Below, piece by piece: positions 27,772-37,308 of a stretch of DNA of 54,513 bases. The position numbers were made by a program, and so were the translations under genes. The stretch's first letter is position 1; every line of letters starts with the position of its first letter. Source of the stretch: a virus. Its lineage: Duplodnaviria; Caudoviricetes. The stretch spans positions 1 through 54,513 of IMG/VR virus record IMGVR_UViG_3300027741_000083; one strand, given 5' to 3'. The notes beneath the pieces are model-generated. The model worked only from the letters and a program-made list of their open reading frames with translations, was not told the origin of the DNA and did no database searches.

Positions 27772-29607
27772 TTAATCATTATTATACTCAATAACTGGCA
27801 ACATAATACACTTGCAATTCTTGCTTATTATGTTTGCAGATGATACACTATACCAGCCATTATAACTTTGCATTGTATAAACATGACCGCTAAATACACT
27901 CTTGATTTTTTGACTTACTCTAAAGAGATTCTTGAAGCTGGAGAATCTATTAGGAAATTTGCAGCTAAACATGGGTGCAGCCCTGGAAGGCTCTCTCAGG
28001 CTCTTTATAAATTCATCGGGTACAAAATTCCTATCACTAGGAAAGTCGACTATATAAACTCGAATAAAACTAACATCGTCACAAGTTATGAAAAAGGTGA
28101 AAGCATTCTTAGTATTTCTAAGAGGTACAATATTAGTAGAAGTTCCATACTGAATATCATTAAAGAGTTCGGAATCCTGATCAGGGATAGCAGCAAGGCT
28201 ACTAAAATCAGAATGTCTAAACTTACCACCGACGAAAGAAAAAAACTTTCCGAAATGGCTAGGAAAGCTAGGCTTAAAAACCTTGGAATTAAAGCTAGGG
28301 ATAAAATCATTAGTTATGATATCGGAGAGTGCGAGAACGAACTTTTCAATCTGCTTCTCACTCATGGATTCAATCCAATTCGGCAAAATATTATCGGGGC
28401 TTATAGCGTCGACATCCGTTTCAGGAATGTAGCCGTGGAAGTTAAAATCAGAACTAAGAAGTCTCTTAGCGTTGAAAGTAATATGGAGAGAATTAAAAGT
28501 ATCTTTAAAAGTGACCTTATCCCGTGTTACTTTATTACTAACAGCAAAATCGTTGTTGAAATTATCCCCGATCAAATAATCGCTCTCCTTGATTTCGTTA
28601 GCAGGCAACCACCCCCTAAGGGTCAGTATTGGGTGATTCGGTGTACACTGGAAGACATGCCCTCCGCTCAAGATTATATTAATAATATCTCCACTATAAA
28701 AGTGCCTCCACAAATCAACACAACCATTAGCAAGAGATATTTCTGTTGATCCAACAAAGCAATTAATAGCCTGTGAAGGGAAACCACGTACGCCTGTTTT
28801 TTTATCAATTATAGGTGGGTTATCTATATTATATATTTTACCATTCATCGCAATATGATCTTCCCTTGGATGTTGTCCTCCGCCGCTATGAACCCACTCA
28901 AACTTTTTTTGCCCTATTTCTTTCATTCTTTGAATATTAATACTTGTAAAAACTTTTCTTGTTTGATCTAAAGCTACATTTTTAGCTTTATTATGATGCG
29001 TTTTATATTGTTTTTTTAAGAAACCTTGAATTTCGGGTACCAAATCTTTTAAGCCTTTACCGGTTGTTATAGATCTATAAACAGCTTTTTCAACATTAGT
29101 TAAATAATTTTCTCCTATTGTTTTTATTAAAGCTACATTTTCTTCAATATTAGCTTTCATTATTTGTTTTAAATTTTGGCTAATATTTGAAGTTTTTATT
29201 GTTACAGCACCCGTTAATTTTTTTAGGCTACTATGTAAAGATGCTTTACTAAGTTTTTCTGCTTCTTTTACCATCCTTGTTGAAAAAAGAATACTTTTTT
29301 TATCAAGCCACGGCATAACTCTATTCATTAATTTATTCATAAATATTCTTGATTGGCTGGATATCGCTTCATCCATTGCAATTGATTGGCTTTCAAAAAA
29401 ATCTTCTGAAACGTCAGAATTAAAAAACTTGATCACTGATTTTTCAACATATTCCATTAATGGATCTATAATGCTTTGAACCTTTTTAATATAATAAGTT
29501 TTAAAGCCGGCGTTATAATTTAAAGGAGAACCTTTAAGTATAGTATTTTTTCTACTACTTAACCGATCTCTTTTTTTTTTAGAAATAGAAATTTCTTTTC
29601 TCTTCAT
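27772..29607 (-). CDS. MuF-like minor head/morphogenesis protein containing an intein
   Basis: A.DQT.K, W.HSGGG.HPREDH, and FPSQAIN|CKC rejoined after intein removal (296-aa spliced product). Confidence 0.9.
   Translation of the reverse strand: MKRKEISISKKKRDRLSSRKNTILKGSPLNYNAGFKTYYIKKVQSIIDPLMEYVEKSVIKFFNSDVSEDFFESQSIAMDEAISSQSRIFMNKLMNRVMPWLDKKSILFSTRMVKEAEKLSKASLHSSLKKLTGAVTIKTSNISQNLKQIMKANIEENVALIKTIGENYLTNVEKAVYRSITTGKGLKDLVPEIQGFLKKQYKTHHNKAKNVALDQTRKVFTSINIQRMKEIGQKKFEWVHSGGGQHPREDHIAMNGKIYNIDNPPIIDKKTGVRGFPSQAINCFVGSTEISLANGCVDLWRHFYSGDIINIILSGGHVFQCTPNHPILTLRGWLPANEIKESDYLIGDNFNNDFAVSNKVTRDKVTFKDTFNSLHITFNAKRLLSSDFNFHGYIPETDVDAISPDNILPNWIESMSEKQIEKFVLALSDIITNDFIPSFNSKVFKPSFPSHFGKFFSFVGGKFRHSDFSSLAAIPDQDSELFNDIQYGTSTNIVPLRNTKNAFTFFITCDDVSFIRVYIVDFPSDRNFVPDEFIKSLREPSRAAPMFSCKFPNRFSSFKNLFRVSQKIKSVFSGHVYTMQSYNGWYSVSSANIISKNCKCIMLPVIEYNND
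27817..28761 (-). mobile_element. Intein (315 aa, residues 283-597 of MuF)
   Basis: Block A CFVGSTEI, block B TPNHPILT.RGW.PA, block F SGHVYTMQ, block G IISKN followed by Cys+1. Confidence 0.9.
27883..28749 (+). CDS. Putative homing endonuclease (two HTH plus Vsr/DUF559-like PD-(D/E)xK domain), antisense within the intein
   Basis: GESIRKFAAKHGCS and YEKGESILSISKRYNISRSSI HTHs; DERKKLSE helix; E.EL..LL..GF..IRQ.IIGAYSVDI..VAVEV; ATG at 27883 or TTG at 27868. Confidence 0.8.
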   Translation: MTAKYTLDFLTYSKEILEAGESIRKFAAKHGCSPGRLSQALYKFIGYKIPITRKVDYINSNKTNIVTSYEKGESILSISKRYNISRSSILNIIKEFGILIRDSSKATKIRMSKLTTDERKKLSEMARKARLKNLGIKARDKIISYDIGECENELFNLLLTHGFNPIRQNIIGAYSVDIRFRNVAVEVKIRTKKSLSVESNMERIKSIFKSDLIPCYFITNSKIVVEIIPDQIIALLDFVSRQPPPKGQYWVIRCTLEDMPSAQDYINNISTIKVPPQINTTISKRYFC

Positions 29608-29615
29608 ATTTTTAT

Positions 29616-31316
29616 TTATAAATTATTATTTAAACTTAATTCTTCAAGCTCTTCAATTTCATTTTTCCCTTCGTTTCCATTTTGATTATTTAATTCTTCG
29701 TTTTCTTGTTCTATCCCATTAAACCCACTATTAGGGTTATTAATTAAACGTTTTCTTGCTTCATCCGGCATTATAATTCCAGTATTTACTAAAACAGAAT
29801 CTGTCTCAGCATCTATCTTATTAATTTCTGCTTGTTCTTTTGAAGTTAGCTCATCTAAAGGATTCCATTTAATATCAACAGAAAATTCTTTAACTTCAAA
29901 CTCTGGTAATATTTCTGATTTTATTATTAGTAAGTGGTGCCTATGTAAAACAGGATTGCATCTTAAAACTCTTAAATCTGTTAAATATTCTTTATAACTA
30001 TTTTCACTATAAGATCCTGAAGATTGGAAACCTGTGGGCTCTGAACCCATAAGTTTTACTGCCGGGACATTAGCAGAAGCGGCAACAAGTTGATAATTAT
30101 TCATAATTACTTTATCAACATCAGATAAAGCTGTATCTATATGCTGTATATCATCAGACTCTTTATCAACAACATGATAAGAGTAATTATTAAGCGTATT
30201 AGCTATAAACTGTAAATTTGCTTGAAAATCTGCTTGATTTTGAACAGCTAGCTTTAAATCTGTTTTATATATTTTAGCTCTTTTAGATAACATTAATTTT
30301 GATGCGTCATTTGCGCAGTATTCTGCTTGATAAACTCTTTCAAATATTTGTTGCGTTTTAGGTACCCCCCCATAATAATAAGTTGGTTTTAAAACATCAG
30401 GAACTTTGTTTGTTGTTATAATAACAAGATGAGATCGATGATATCTTTTACCGGCTATAGTCCAATAAGTAGGGTTATAGAAATTTAAACTACCAGGATT
30501 AGTTACATCTTCAGATTCAAGAGAAGGGGTACACCAATACGGATCAACTTGTTTTATTCCTTTATAAGACCCGGGTGTAATTCCATCAATATTAAATATT
30601 TTTTCATAATATTTTGGATCTTTGCTTTCAACAATAAAAAGACATAGTCTAATTCCAAAAATATCACAATTTCTAACTACTTCTACTAATTGCCTATGTA
30701 TATCAAATTTTTTATCAAAATCTTTTAATTTATTTAGCGCTTCTAAAGGTACTTCTTTCCCATCATTAACTGTTATTTCGTAACCATTTCGCACACAATC
30801 TTGGGCTGGAATACTACAAGCTTTATCAATTAGCCAATGTTGCGATAATATTGCGCAAGCTTGCCAGCCTATAAATGATTGTTTTGCAAAAAAATTAAAC
30901 TCTTGAATTGAGTAACCTATTTGATTATTTTGCATACTTGCAAAACTATTTTGATTTTGTATATTAATATTTTGTTCCAATGAAAGTGCAATAGTCTTAT
31001 CTCTAGAGTCCATTGCGACAACAAGACCATCTTTATTCTTTATATTAATTGGTTGTATATCATTACTTGCGTTTCTTCTAAAATTGTTATTAATAGCTAT
31101 AGCTAATAACTTCTCTCTTGTTTTTTCTTCTAATTCATTGTTATTAAAAAAATCTTCTTGTTTTGTTTTGTCGTTAAAAAACGCAGAAAAAACCTGTTCA
31201 TTTCTTTTTTCAATTTCATTTTTTTCAGGAATTTTACTTTTAATTTTAGATTTAAAAATTGATTTTATTTTTTTTATTATTTTCATTTTTTTATTTACCA
31301 TTTTGCATTTGCCCAA
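29616..31316 (-). CDS. Portal protein (DUF1073-like)
   Basis: FIGWQ.CAIL.QHWLI.KAC, NIDG..PGSYKG, IHxS-like, P..KL.G..P.G motifs; between terminase and MuF. Confidence 0.88.
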   Translation of the reverse strand: MGKCKMVNKKMKIIKKIKSIFKSKIKSKIPEKNEIEKRNEQVFSAFFNDKTKQEDFFNNNELEEKTREKLLAIAINNNFRRNASNDIQPINIKNKDGLVVAMDSRDKTIALSLEQNINIQNQNSFASMQNNQIGYSIQEFNFFAKQSFIGWQACAILSQHWLIDKACSIPAQDCVRNGYEITVNDGKEVPLEALNKLKDFDKKFDIHRQLVEVVRNCDIFGIRLCLFIVESKDPKYYEKIFNIDGITPGSYKGIKQVDPYWCTPSLESEDVTNPGSLNFYNPTYWTIAGKRYHRSHLVIITTNKVPDVLKPTYYYGGVPKTQQIFERVYQAEYCANDASKLMLSKRAKIYKTDLKLAVQNQADFQANLQFIANTLNNYSYHVVDKESDDIQHIDTALSDVDKVIMNNYQLVAASANVPAVKLMGSEPTGFQSSGSYSENSYKEYLTDLRVLRCNPVLHRHHLLIIKSEILPEFEVKEFSVDIKWNPLDELTSKEQAEINKIDAETDSVLVNTGIIMPDEARKRLINNPNSGFNGIEQENEELNNQNGNEGKNEIEELEELSLNNNL

Positions 31317-32959
31317 TAAGGAAGTTCTTTACCTTTTGCAAAAGCCATCATCAAAGCATCGGACAAATTTGGCGATTTTGTACTATTAGGCTTTTTATCA
31401 ATTATAAATTTACCTTCTGGTGTCTGTATTGCAACAGGCTGAGAAATTTCTCTTACAAGTTTTAAGTGTAAATTTGAAGATGAGCTAATTGAAATAATAT
31501 TCCCCTCTTCAAAACTTTCTCCATTTACTACTGCTTTATATGTATTTTCAAACCTTCTTCTTAAATCAAAATAAGCTTGCGCCTTCCTGTTTTTATAATA
31601 ATCTTTGTTTTTTCTTGATATAGATTTTTGCATAGAATTAATAGTGCTTTTATCAGGAAAAACTTCTTTCTCAGGATCTATAATAGCACCAGAACCTCTA
31701 AAAGGCTCGAAAATTAATTGAGAGTCTTTAGGTCTTTTTTTATTTATTTCTTCTGCGTCACCTCTAGCTCCTGCTCCAAGCCCGTCACTATCAAATATTA
31801 TTTTTTCGTAACCTTCTCTATCTGATATTTCAAATGCTTTTTCTACCGTTTTAAATAAGTTACTACCAACGCCAGACCACTCTTCAAGGTATTCTACCAA
31901 GAATCCATATATACCACATATTGCATTTTTGTCTATACCTTCGTCGGCTAAATCTAACGCAGCCCACCTTGACCCGCTTGGTTGTATATTTAATTTAATA
32001 TGCGCATCTATGGATGCTTTTACCCATTCAGTAGGTATTAGTATACCTTCAGCAGAAGCATCTAAATCCATATCAAGTTCTTGCGCTTTAATCACTGGGT
32101 TATCAATTTTTTCTACTTCTCTTTTATACCATTCTTCATTTTTTCTTGGATCATCAGTCCACGGAAATTCAAAAAGCCTTTCTTTTTCTGATTCTTGTGG
32201 AGATTCTTTAATTGCTAAAATTTTTTTTGCGAACTCATTCGCACTACCTCTTACTGTAGACCCAAATATTTTTGTATTCGTTGCAGAAACTAAAGAGCTT
32301 TCCATCGAAGAAGCAACAGAAGGTTCAAAAGCAGCGTGTTCATCAATATGAATCCAACTATAACGACTGCCTCGGAATGGCATATTTCCGCCATCCCCCA
32401 TAATTAATGAAGAGCTTTTATTAAAACTAATTTGCATTAATTTTGAGTTTTTACCTTGCTCCCAATTATTTGAAAATTCACGAGGTACGTTTTCAATAAA
32501 AGATCTGCATTTTCCTAAAATTGAATCTGTACTTCCTATCTTATCTATATAAGATGATTTATAAGATGTTATTCCAGCTTTGAAGCCTTCATTAAACATA
32601 CACATTGACGAATCTAATGCAGCTAATTGACTAGTAAACCCTATCTCTCTCGTCTTTACAAAAACGCCGTCTAGTTCATTTTCTAATAAATAAATTTGCC
32701 AATTTATAGCTTGTATTTGCCTGGGGAATAAAATAAAAGGTAATAATGTCGAACTTCCTTTATTAACGCTTCGAGGATCTATTGTTGTTCCCCAGTCAAT
32801 AATAAACCTAGCTATATTTTTTCTATAAAAAGCTTTTAAATTTGGGAAAGTAGAAGGCCTTGTTTTTGAAAGTTTCCTTAAATATTCTATTCTTTCAAAA
32901 CGATCAACAAATATTTTTCCGTATTCTGGATTTTTAAAGTCAAAATTATTTTCAATCAT
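31295..32959 (-). CDS. Terminase large subunit
   Basis: KTREIGFT Walker A-like, IDEHA Walker B, LDLADEG.D and SPNLSDA nuclease motifs. Confidence 0.92.
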   Translation of the reverse strand: MIENNFDFKNPEYGKIFVDRFERIEYLRKLSKTRPSTFPNLKAFYRKNIARFIIDWGTTIDPRSVNKGSSTLLPFILFPRQIQAINWQIYLLENELDGVFVKTREIGFTSQLAALDSSMCMFNEGFKAGITSYKSSYIDKIGSTDSILGKCRSFIENVPREFSNNWEQGKNSKLMQISFNKSSSLIMGDGGNMPFRGSRYSWIHIDEHAAFEPSVASSMESSLVSATNTKIFGSTVRGSANEFAKKILAIKESPQESEKERLFEFPWTDDPRKNEEWYKREVEKIDNPVIKAQELDMDLDASAEGILIPTEWVKASIDAHIKLNIQPSGSRWAALDLADEGIDKNAICGIYGFLVEYLEEWSGVGSNLFKTVEKAFEISDREGYEKIIFDSDGLGAGARGDAEEINKKRPKDSQLIFEPFRGSGAIIDPEKEVFPDKSTINSMQKSISRKNKDYYKNRKAQAYFDLRRRFENTYKAVVNGESFEEGNIISISSSSNLHLKLVREISQPVAIQTPEGKFIIDKKPNSTKSPNLSDALMMAFAKGKELPYWANAKW

Positions 32960-33093
32960 TATTTATTTTTTATTGCTGCATTTATACAGCTAGAGGCTAA
33001 CTTTGATAATTCACAGACAATTTCTGGTTGAGATAAAATTGAGCAGCCAGAAAATAAGAAACAAAATGGGATTATTAATAATAATTTTTTCAT
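32959..33093 (-). CDS. 44-aa lipoprotein
   Basis: MKKLLLIIPFCFLFSGC lipobox; stop overlaps the terminase start. Confidence 0.6.
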   Translation of the reverse strand: MKKLLLIIPFCFLFSGCSILSQPEIVCELSKLASSCINAAIKNK

Positions 33094-33229
33094 TTTTTAA
33101 TACTAGAATATTCGTAAATATTTGTCTGTAATTTTAGCTTAGATTGTATTGTTGAAAATGCAAATGCAAGGCTTACTGAAATAAAAAAAAATAAACTATG
33201 TTTTGCTGCTAATTTTATTACACTCACTT

Positions 33230-33442
33230 TTATTCTCCTTTTGTTGATTTTTCTGCTATTTTTGTGAAAATTTTTGCTGCTAAACCAAAAACAAGAATTA
33301 AACCATTCTGTTCTTGATCATTTATAAAAACTTTGTGCATTTCTAAAAAAACACTAATGTATAAACAAAGATTACCGGCAGATCTCCATTCTTTAGCTTC
33401 TATTGATTTGTATATTTTAATTATTTTATTTATAAAGTTCAT
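33230..33442 (-). CDS. Small membrane protein (possible holin)
   Basis: 70 aa with two weak hydrophobic segments and a charged C-terminus. Confidence 0.4.
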   Translation of the reverse strand: MNFINKIIKIYKSIEAKEWRSAGNLCLYISVFLEMHKVFINDQEQNGLILVFGLAAKIFTKIAEKSTKGE

Positions 33443-33444
33443 TT

Positions 33445-36234
33445 TTAACTATCTGTTTGCATTTTAGATACTATTAAAAACCCGCCCACTCCTGACACAG
33501 GTTTCGAATAAACGTTAGTACCTCCCGATGTTAAAAATACATTTCCATAGTAGCTAAAGATACTATTATTACCCGCAACGCTTTGGATTGGCACAAAAGC
33601 AGCTGAACCAGTGGCGTTTGCACTAATTGAATTGTAGGTTGCAAGCAATACAGAGCTAGAGCCTAAGTAAATCATAGGATTGGCGATTTGAGCGACACCA
33701 CCTAAGCTGGTTACACTGCAATTATTTAAACTTAAATTAAAACTTGCACCAAGTTGAATCATGGCGTTTGTTCCACCGCCTCCAATCGGAGCCCCTTGGA
33801 TTAAGCTTTGGCTAAATACAGCAATAATGGATTTATTATTTGACCCTGTAAAATTTAAAACTATTCCTGTTGACGAAAAAGTACTATTAATAGCAGAATA
33901 AATAGCAACATTATTGCTGTTTGCGATTAAAGCAGCTCCGTTTGTGCTGGTTGCTTGGCTGTTTCTAAAATCCCATAATTCTCCACGATTAAATCGCATA
34001 GCGACCCCTGTACCAAGCACATTGATTGACGAGTTATTTATATAAAGTCGACTGCTATCCGCAACATTCATAACGATACCATCGATATTTATGTTGTTGC
34101 TGATCAATACATCATTTAAGCTTAAAAAAAGATTAGAAGCGGTATAAGATATTGCGTAAGTTTCCAACCCAGTCCTAGCGGTTAAAGTAATGTTTGAAAT
34201 TGAGACGCCATTATCGACATAATCCCCCGCATTACTTCCAGTTGTTGTTATTGAGATGCTTGGGAATTTAACTGCTTTTGGTTGTGATGAGGGAGCTTCC
34301 ATGCCGATAATATCAACCCTTTGTTTATTTATAACGATATTTTCAGTATAGGTTCCGGGCGCAACATAAATTGTTACATTTGTTGCATTGTTGACAGGAA
34401 TCAAGGAAATTACTTTATTCACAGTTGAATAAGGAGAAGATTGAGAACCGGTCGCAGTTGCATCATTACCCGTCGTCGAAACGTAATATACTTTTTCTAG
34501 TTGCTTAGTTGCTTGCCCTACTGTAGCTGAATCTGAAAGTAAAATGCCTGGTTTTAAATTATTAATTTGATAATTATTCAACGATACGTTTGCAATTGGT
34601 GCCGCAATATTATTTAAAGGAGTTTCGGCCGGCAGGTATCCCTGCAATTGACCTACTGTAGCTGCGTCCCCAGTACTTATCCCTTTAGCTAGATTTGTTA
34701 TTTTTTTTGAATTTAAAGATACATCATTTGTAGGTGCCGCAATAGAATTTAAAGGGGTTGTGGAAAGTAAAATATTTTGAGGCGTTGGGGCATCTGAAGT
34801 ATTACCCACTAAAGCTTGGCCGGATAACAAAACCGGCGTTATCATGCGATAATCATTATCAAGATAAACAACTCCGTTTTTATTTGTGTTGTGATTAAAA
34901 GCCATTGGCTGTGTAGTATTTCCATCACCAATTTGTAGCCAGCTTTGCCCATCAACAGTTTTTATCGACAAATATTCAGAAAATAATCCGGTTTCAGAAT
35001 CTATTATTCCTAAAGACCCATTATCTTTATTCCAGACTCCCAATGTAATATCCGTGTCTTTATTTTTCAAAATTAAACTAGCATTAATTTCAACATTTTC
35101 ATTTGCGATTAATTTTATTTCATTTTGTGAAGTTGCAATAAGATCATGATTGTCATCAGTGCTCAAAGTTGATTGTGCAGTTTGATCGGCGCTTTGTAAT
35201 TTTAAACTTGTTCCGTTTTTAATTAATAAATTTGAATCAAACGTATAATTTGTTGGCCCCGTAAAATTTAAATTGCCTAGGTCATCTAAAGAAACACGAG
35301 TACTACTACTATTTGTTGAATTTTGAAAATTAATATTAGAACCATAACCTAATAAAAAACTTCCGGGAGACGCTCCGTCATCGCCAGTTATAATTGTATT
35401 ATTTGATGATATTGACATTGCAGGAACAAGGCCTCCAAGTAATTTTTTTGAAATAGACCCAAAATATGTATTTGTAGGATCTGTTAATAAAATTGGGGCA
35501 TCATACTTATAATTATTAGCCCCTAAATTATTTAAATTTCCTGAAGCATCTAAATTTGTTGTTGCTAATTTTGTATTGTTTGGATTAAAATATCTTGTTT
35601 TTTTGCCAGCTAACATTGTTACGTCATCACTAAATACAGCCCCTTTTTCTGCAACAATTGCACCCGCTGTAGTAATTGTTCCAATGCTTCCGTTTTCGCC
35701 TGTTACTTCTAAATTTCCTTGATTATTTTTTAATTTAACTTTACTAGTATCTGTACTATCAGACAATATTACTGATGATCCTGTATCAACTTGTACACCG
35801 TTCATTGGCGAATTCAAATAAGGCGAAAAATGCCAGATATAATTATTATCTAAATACTGATATATTTTTCCAATTAAATTAGCTGAAGTAAAAGTTAATC
35901 CAGTTCCATATGTAAAATGCATATCGCTTGTTGGTCCAATCGATACATAAGGTCCACCACTAATACTTCCTGCTGGCGGAACACCAAAAGCTTGCTGATA
36001 AGCAAGTAAAGATCCTGTTGTACAAGTTGGGCATGAAATATTATAACCTCCAGTAACTTCTGTTGAAACAATAGGTGTTGAAGCAGTTACAATTGTTGAT
36101 CCACCACCGCCTCCATTAGGAGGATAAACTTTTAAAGCAGTAAGTGGAGCGATTAATTCTGAAACAGGAATAGAAAATAAAACTGAAGGAATTAAAAATA
36201 TAGAAACTGTTAAATATTTTAATAAATTACGCAT
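33445..36234 (-). CDS. Large beta-rich adhesin/tailspike-like protein with signal peptide
   Basis: N-terminal signal-like peptide; two YadA-stalk-like repeats (KITNLAKG..DAATVGQL); YYVSTTGND..PY.T beta-helix cap and beta-helix C-half. Confidence 0.75.
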   Translation of the reverse strand: MRNLLKYLTVSIFLIPSVLFSIPVSELIAPLTALKVYPPNGGGGGSTIVTASTPIVSTEVTGGYNISCPTCTTGSLLAYQQAFGVPPAGSISGGPYVSIGPTSDMHFTYGTGLTFTSANLIGKIYQYLDNNYIWHFSPYLNSPMNGVQVDTGSSVILSDSTDTSKVKLKNNQGNLEVTGENGSIGTITTAGAIVAEKGAVFSDDVTMLAGKKTRYFNPNNTKLATTNLDASGNLNNLGANNYKYDAPILLTDPTNTYFGSISKKLLGGLVPAMSISSNNTIITGDDGASPGSFLLGYGSNINFQNSTNSSSTRVSLDDLGNLNFTGPTNYTFDSNLLIKNGTSLKLQSADQTAQSTLSTDDNHDLIATSQNEIKLIANENVEINASLILKNKDTDITLGVWNKDNGSLGIIDSETGLFSEYLSIKTVDGQSWLQIGDGNTTQPMAFNHNTNKNGVVYLDNDYRMITPVLLSGQALVGNTSDAPTPQNILLSTTPLNSIAAPTNDVSLNSKKITNLAKGISTGDAATVGQLQGYLPAETPLNNIAAPIANVSLNNYQINNLKPGILLSDSATVGQATKQLEKVYYVSTTGNDATATGSQSSPYSTVNKVISLIPVNNATNVTIYVAPGTYTENIVINKQRVDIIGMEAPSSQPKAVKFPSISITTTGSNAGDYVDNGVSISNITLTARTGLETYAISYTASNLFLSLNDVLISNNINIDGIVMNVADSSRLYINNSSINVLGTGVAMRFNRGELWDFRNSQATSTNGAALIANSNNVAIYSAINSTFSSTGIVLNFTGSNNKSIIAVFSQSLIQGAPIGGGGTNAMIQLGASFNLSLNNCSVTSLGGVAQIANPMIYLGSSSVLLATYNSISANATGSAAFVPIQSVAGNNSIFSYYGNVFLTSGGTNVYSKPVSGVGGFLIVSKMQTDS

Positions 36235-36246
36235 AGGAACTCTTAT

Positions 36247-36537
36247 TTATTTTTTAAGTAAGGATGAAACAGGGCTACCCATGATCCATTGAGAAGTTGA
36301 AATTAAAGCAGCTCCAGAATATTCTAAAGTTTGAGTATAATATGTAGGAACTCTTGTTTGCTTGGACACAGCAATTACTGTATCAGATATTAAATTTGGA
36401 CCATTGTAGTTAAAAGAATGTACTACTGAGTCTAGATCAATTTGTGTTGCATCAGGTACGCTTACTACAATTGAATTTGCAAACGCAAAGCAGGGAATAC
36501 ATAAAAACATAATTTTTATTTTTTTATATAATTTCAT
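36247..36537 (-). CDS. Exported hypothetical protein
   Basis: Signal peptide ending AFA; start overlaps the TerS stop. Confidence 0.6.
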   Translation of the reverse strand: MKLYKKIKIMFLCIPCFAFANSIVVSVPDATQIDLDSVVHSFNYNGPNLISDTVIAVSKQTRVPTYYTQTLEYSGAALISTSQWIMGSPVSSLLKK

Positions 36538-37103
36538 TTTTTTACCTTGTTTTTAGATTTTGTTATTTCTATTTTTTTACCGCCATTCATGACTGATTGA
36601 TAATGAATAGCAGATTCTTTTGCGCTAATATTTTCATTTAATTTTAGAGCCTCCCCTTCTTCATCGCTATCTTCAATTTTCTTATTAGCTGTTTCTTGCC
36701 ATCTTCCACGGCATTTTAAAATAAACATGTTAGAAACAGGATCTGGGGGGTATATCCAATCACCTAGAACTTTAGAAATCTTTCCATTTTCATCTACAAT
36801 TTGTTTGGGTGGTTTTCTGATTCCGTTTGCACGAATCATCAAATTTGATGCGCATGCATAAATAACACTTGGCGTACCAGCAGATAGTTCCGTTTTAAAT
36901 TTATTTTTTAAAGTAGTTTCTGAAACGCCAATGATCAAGGCAATTTGCTGTTGAGTAAGACCAAAACCAGCCATTTGCTTAACTTGCGTAGCAACATTAT
37001 CGCCAAATTGTATGCGGGGCTTTCCCGGAGATCTTTTGGCTTCTTTTATTATTTTTTTAGCCATAACGTAAAATGTAACATCCTTTTTAAAATGTTGCAA
37101 CAA
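36534..37103 (-). CDS. Terminase small subunit
   Basis: MAGFGLTQQQIALIIGVSETTL HTH, MFILKCRGRWQE; first gene of the late operon. Confidence 0.75.
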   Translation of the reverse strand: MLQHFKKDVTFYVMAKKIIKEAKRSPGKPRIQFGDNVATQVKQMAGFGLTQQQIALIIGVSETTLKNKFKTELSAGTPSVIYACASNLMIRANGIRKPPKQIVDENGKISKVLGDWIYPPDPVSNMFILKCRGRWQETANKKIEDSDEEGEALKLNENISAKESAIHYQSVMNGGKKIEITKSKNKVKK

Positions 37104-37191
37104 TCTATAAAATAAACTAATAAACTTTTACTAATTCCTACTAATATTAGTAGTATATATTTTATACTAAATAGAACTATATTATTTTAAA

Positions 37192-37308
37192 AAAGTAAAG
37201 CAATTTATTATCATTTATTTTAAATAATTACTTTACTTTTTATTAAGTTATAGTATACTTACTTTACTAAATAAGTAAAAATTAACTAAAAAAAGAGAAT
37301 ATAGAATG
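37192..37308 (+). promoter_or_regulatory. Promoter/RBS cassette, second copy of 15613-15731
   Basis: Near-identical sequence; TTTACT-16 nt-TATACT. Confidence 0.65.

Noticed and set aside
29616-31316. Anti-CBASS Acb1 annotation sometimes attached to DUF1073 proteins
   Set aside because: Size, motifs and position between TerL and MuF indicate a portal; no 2H-phosphodiesterase HxT motif pair evident.
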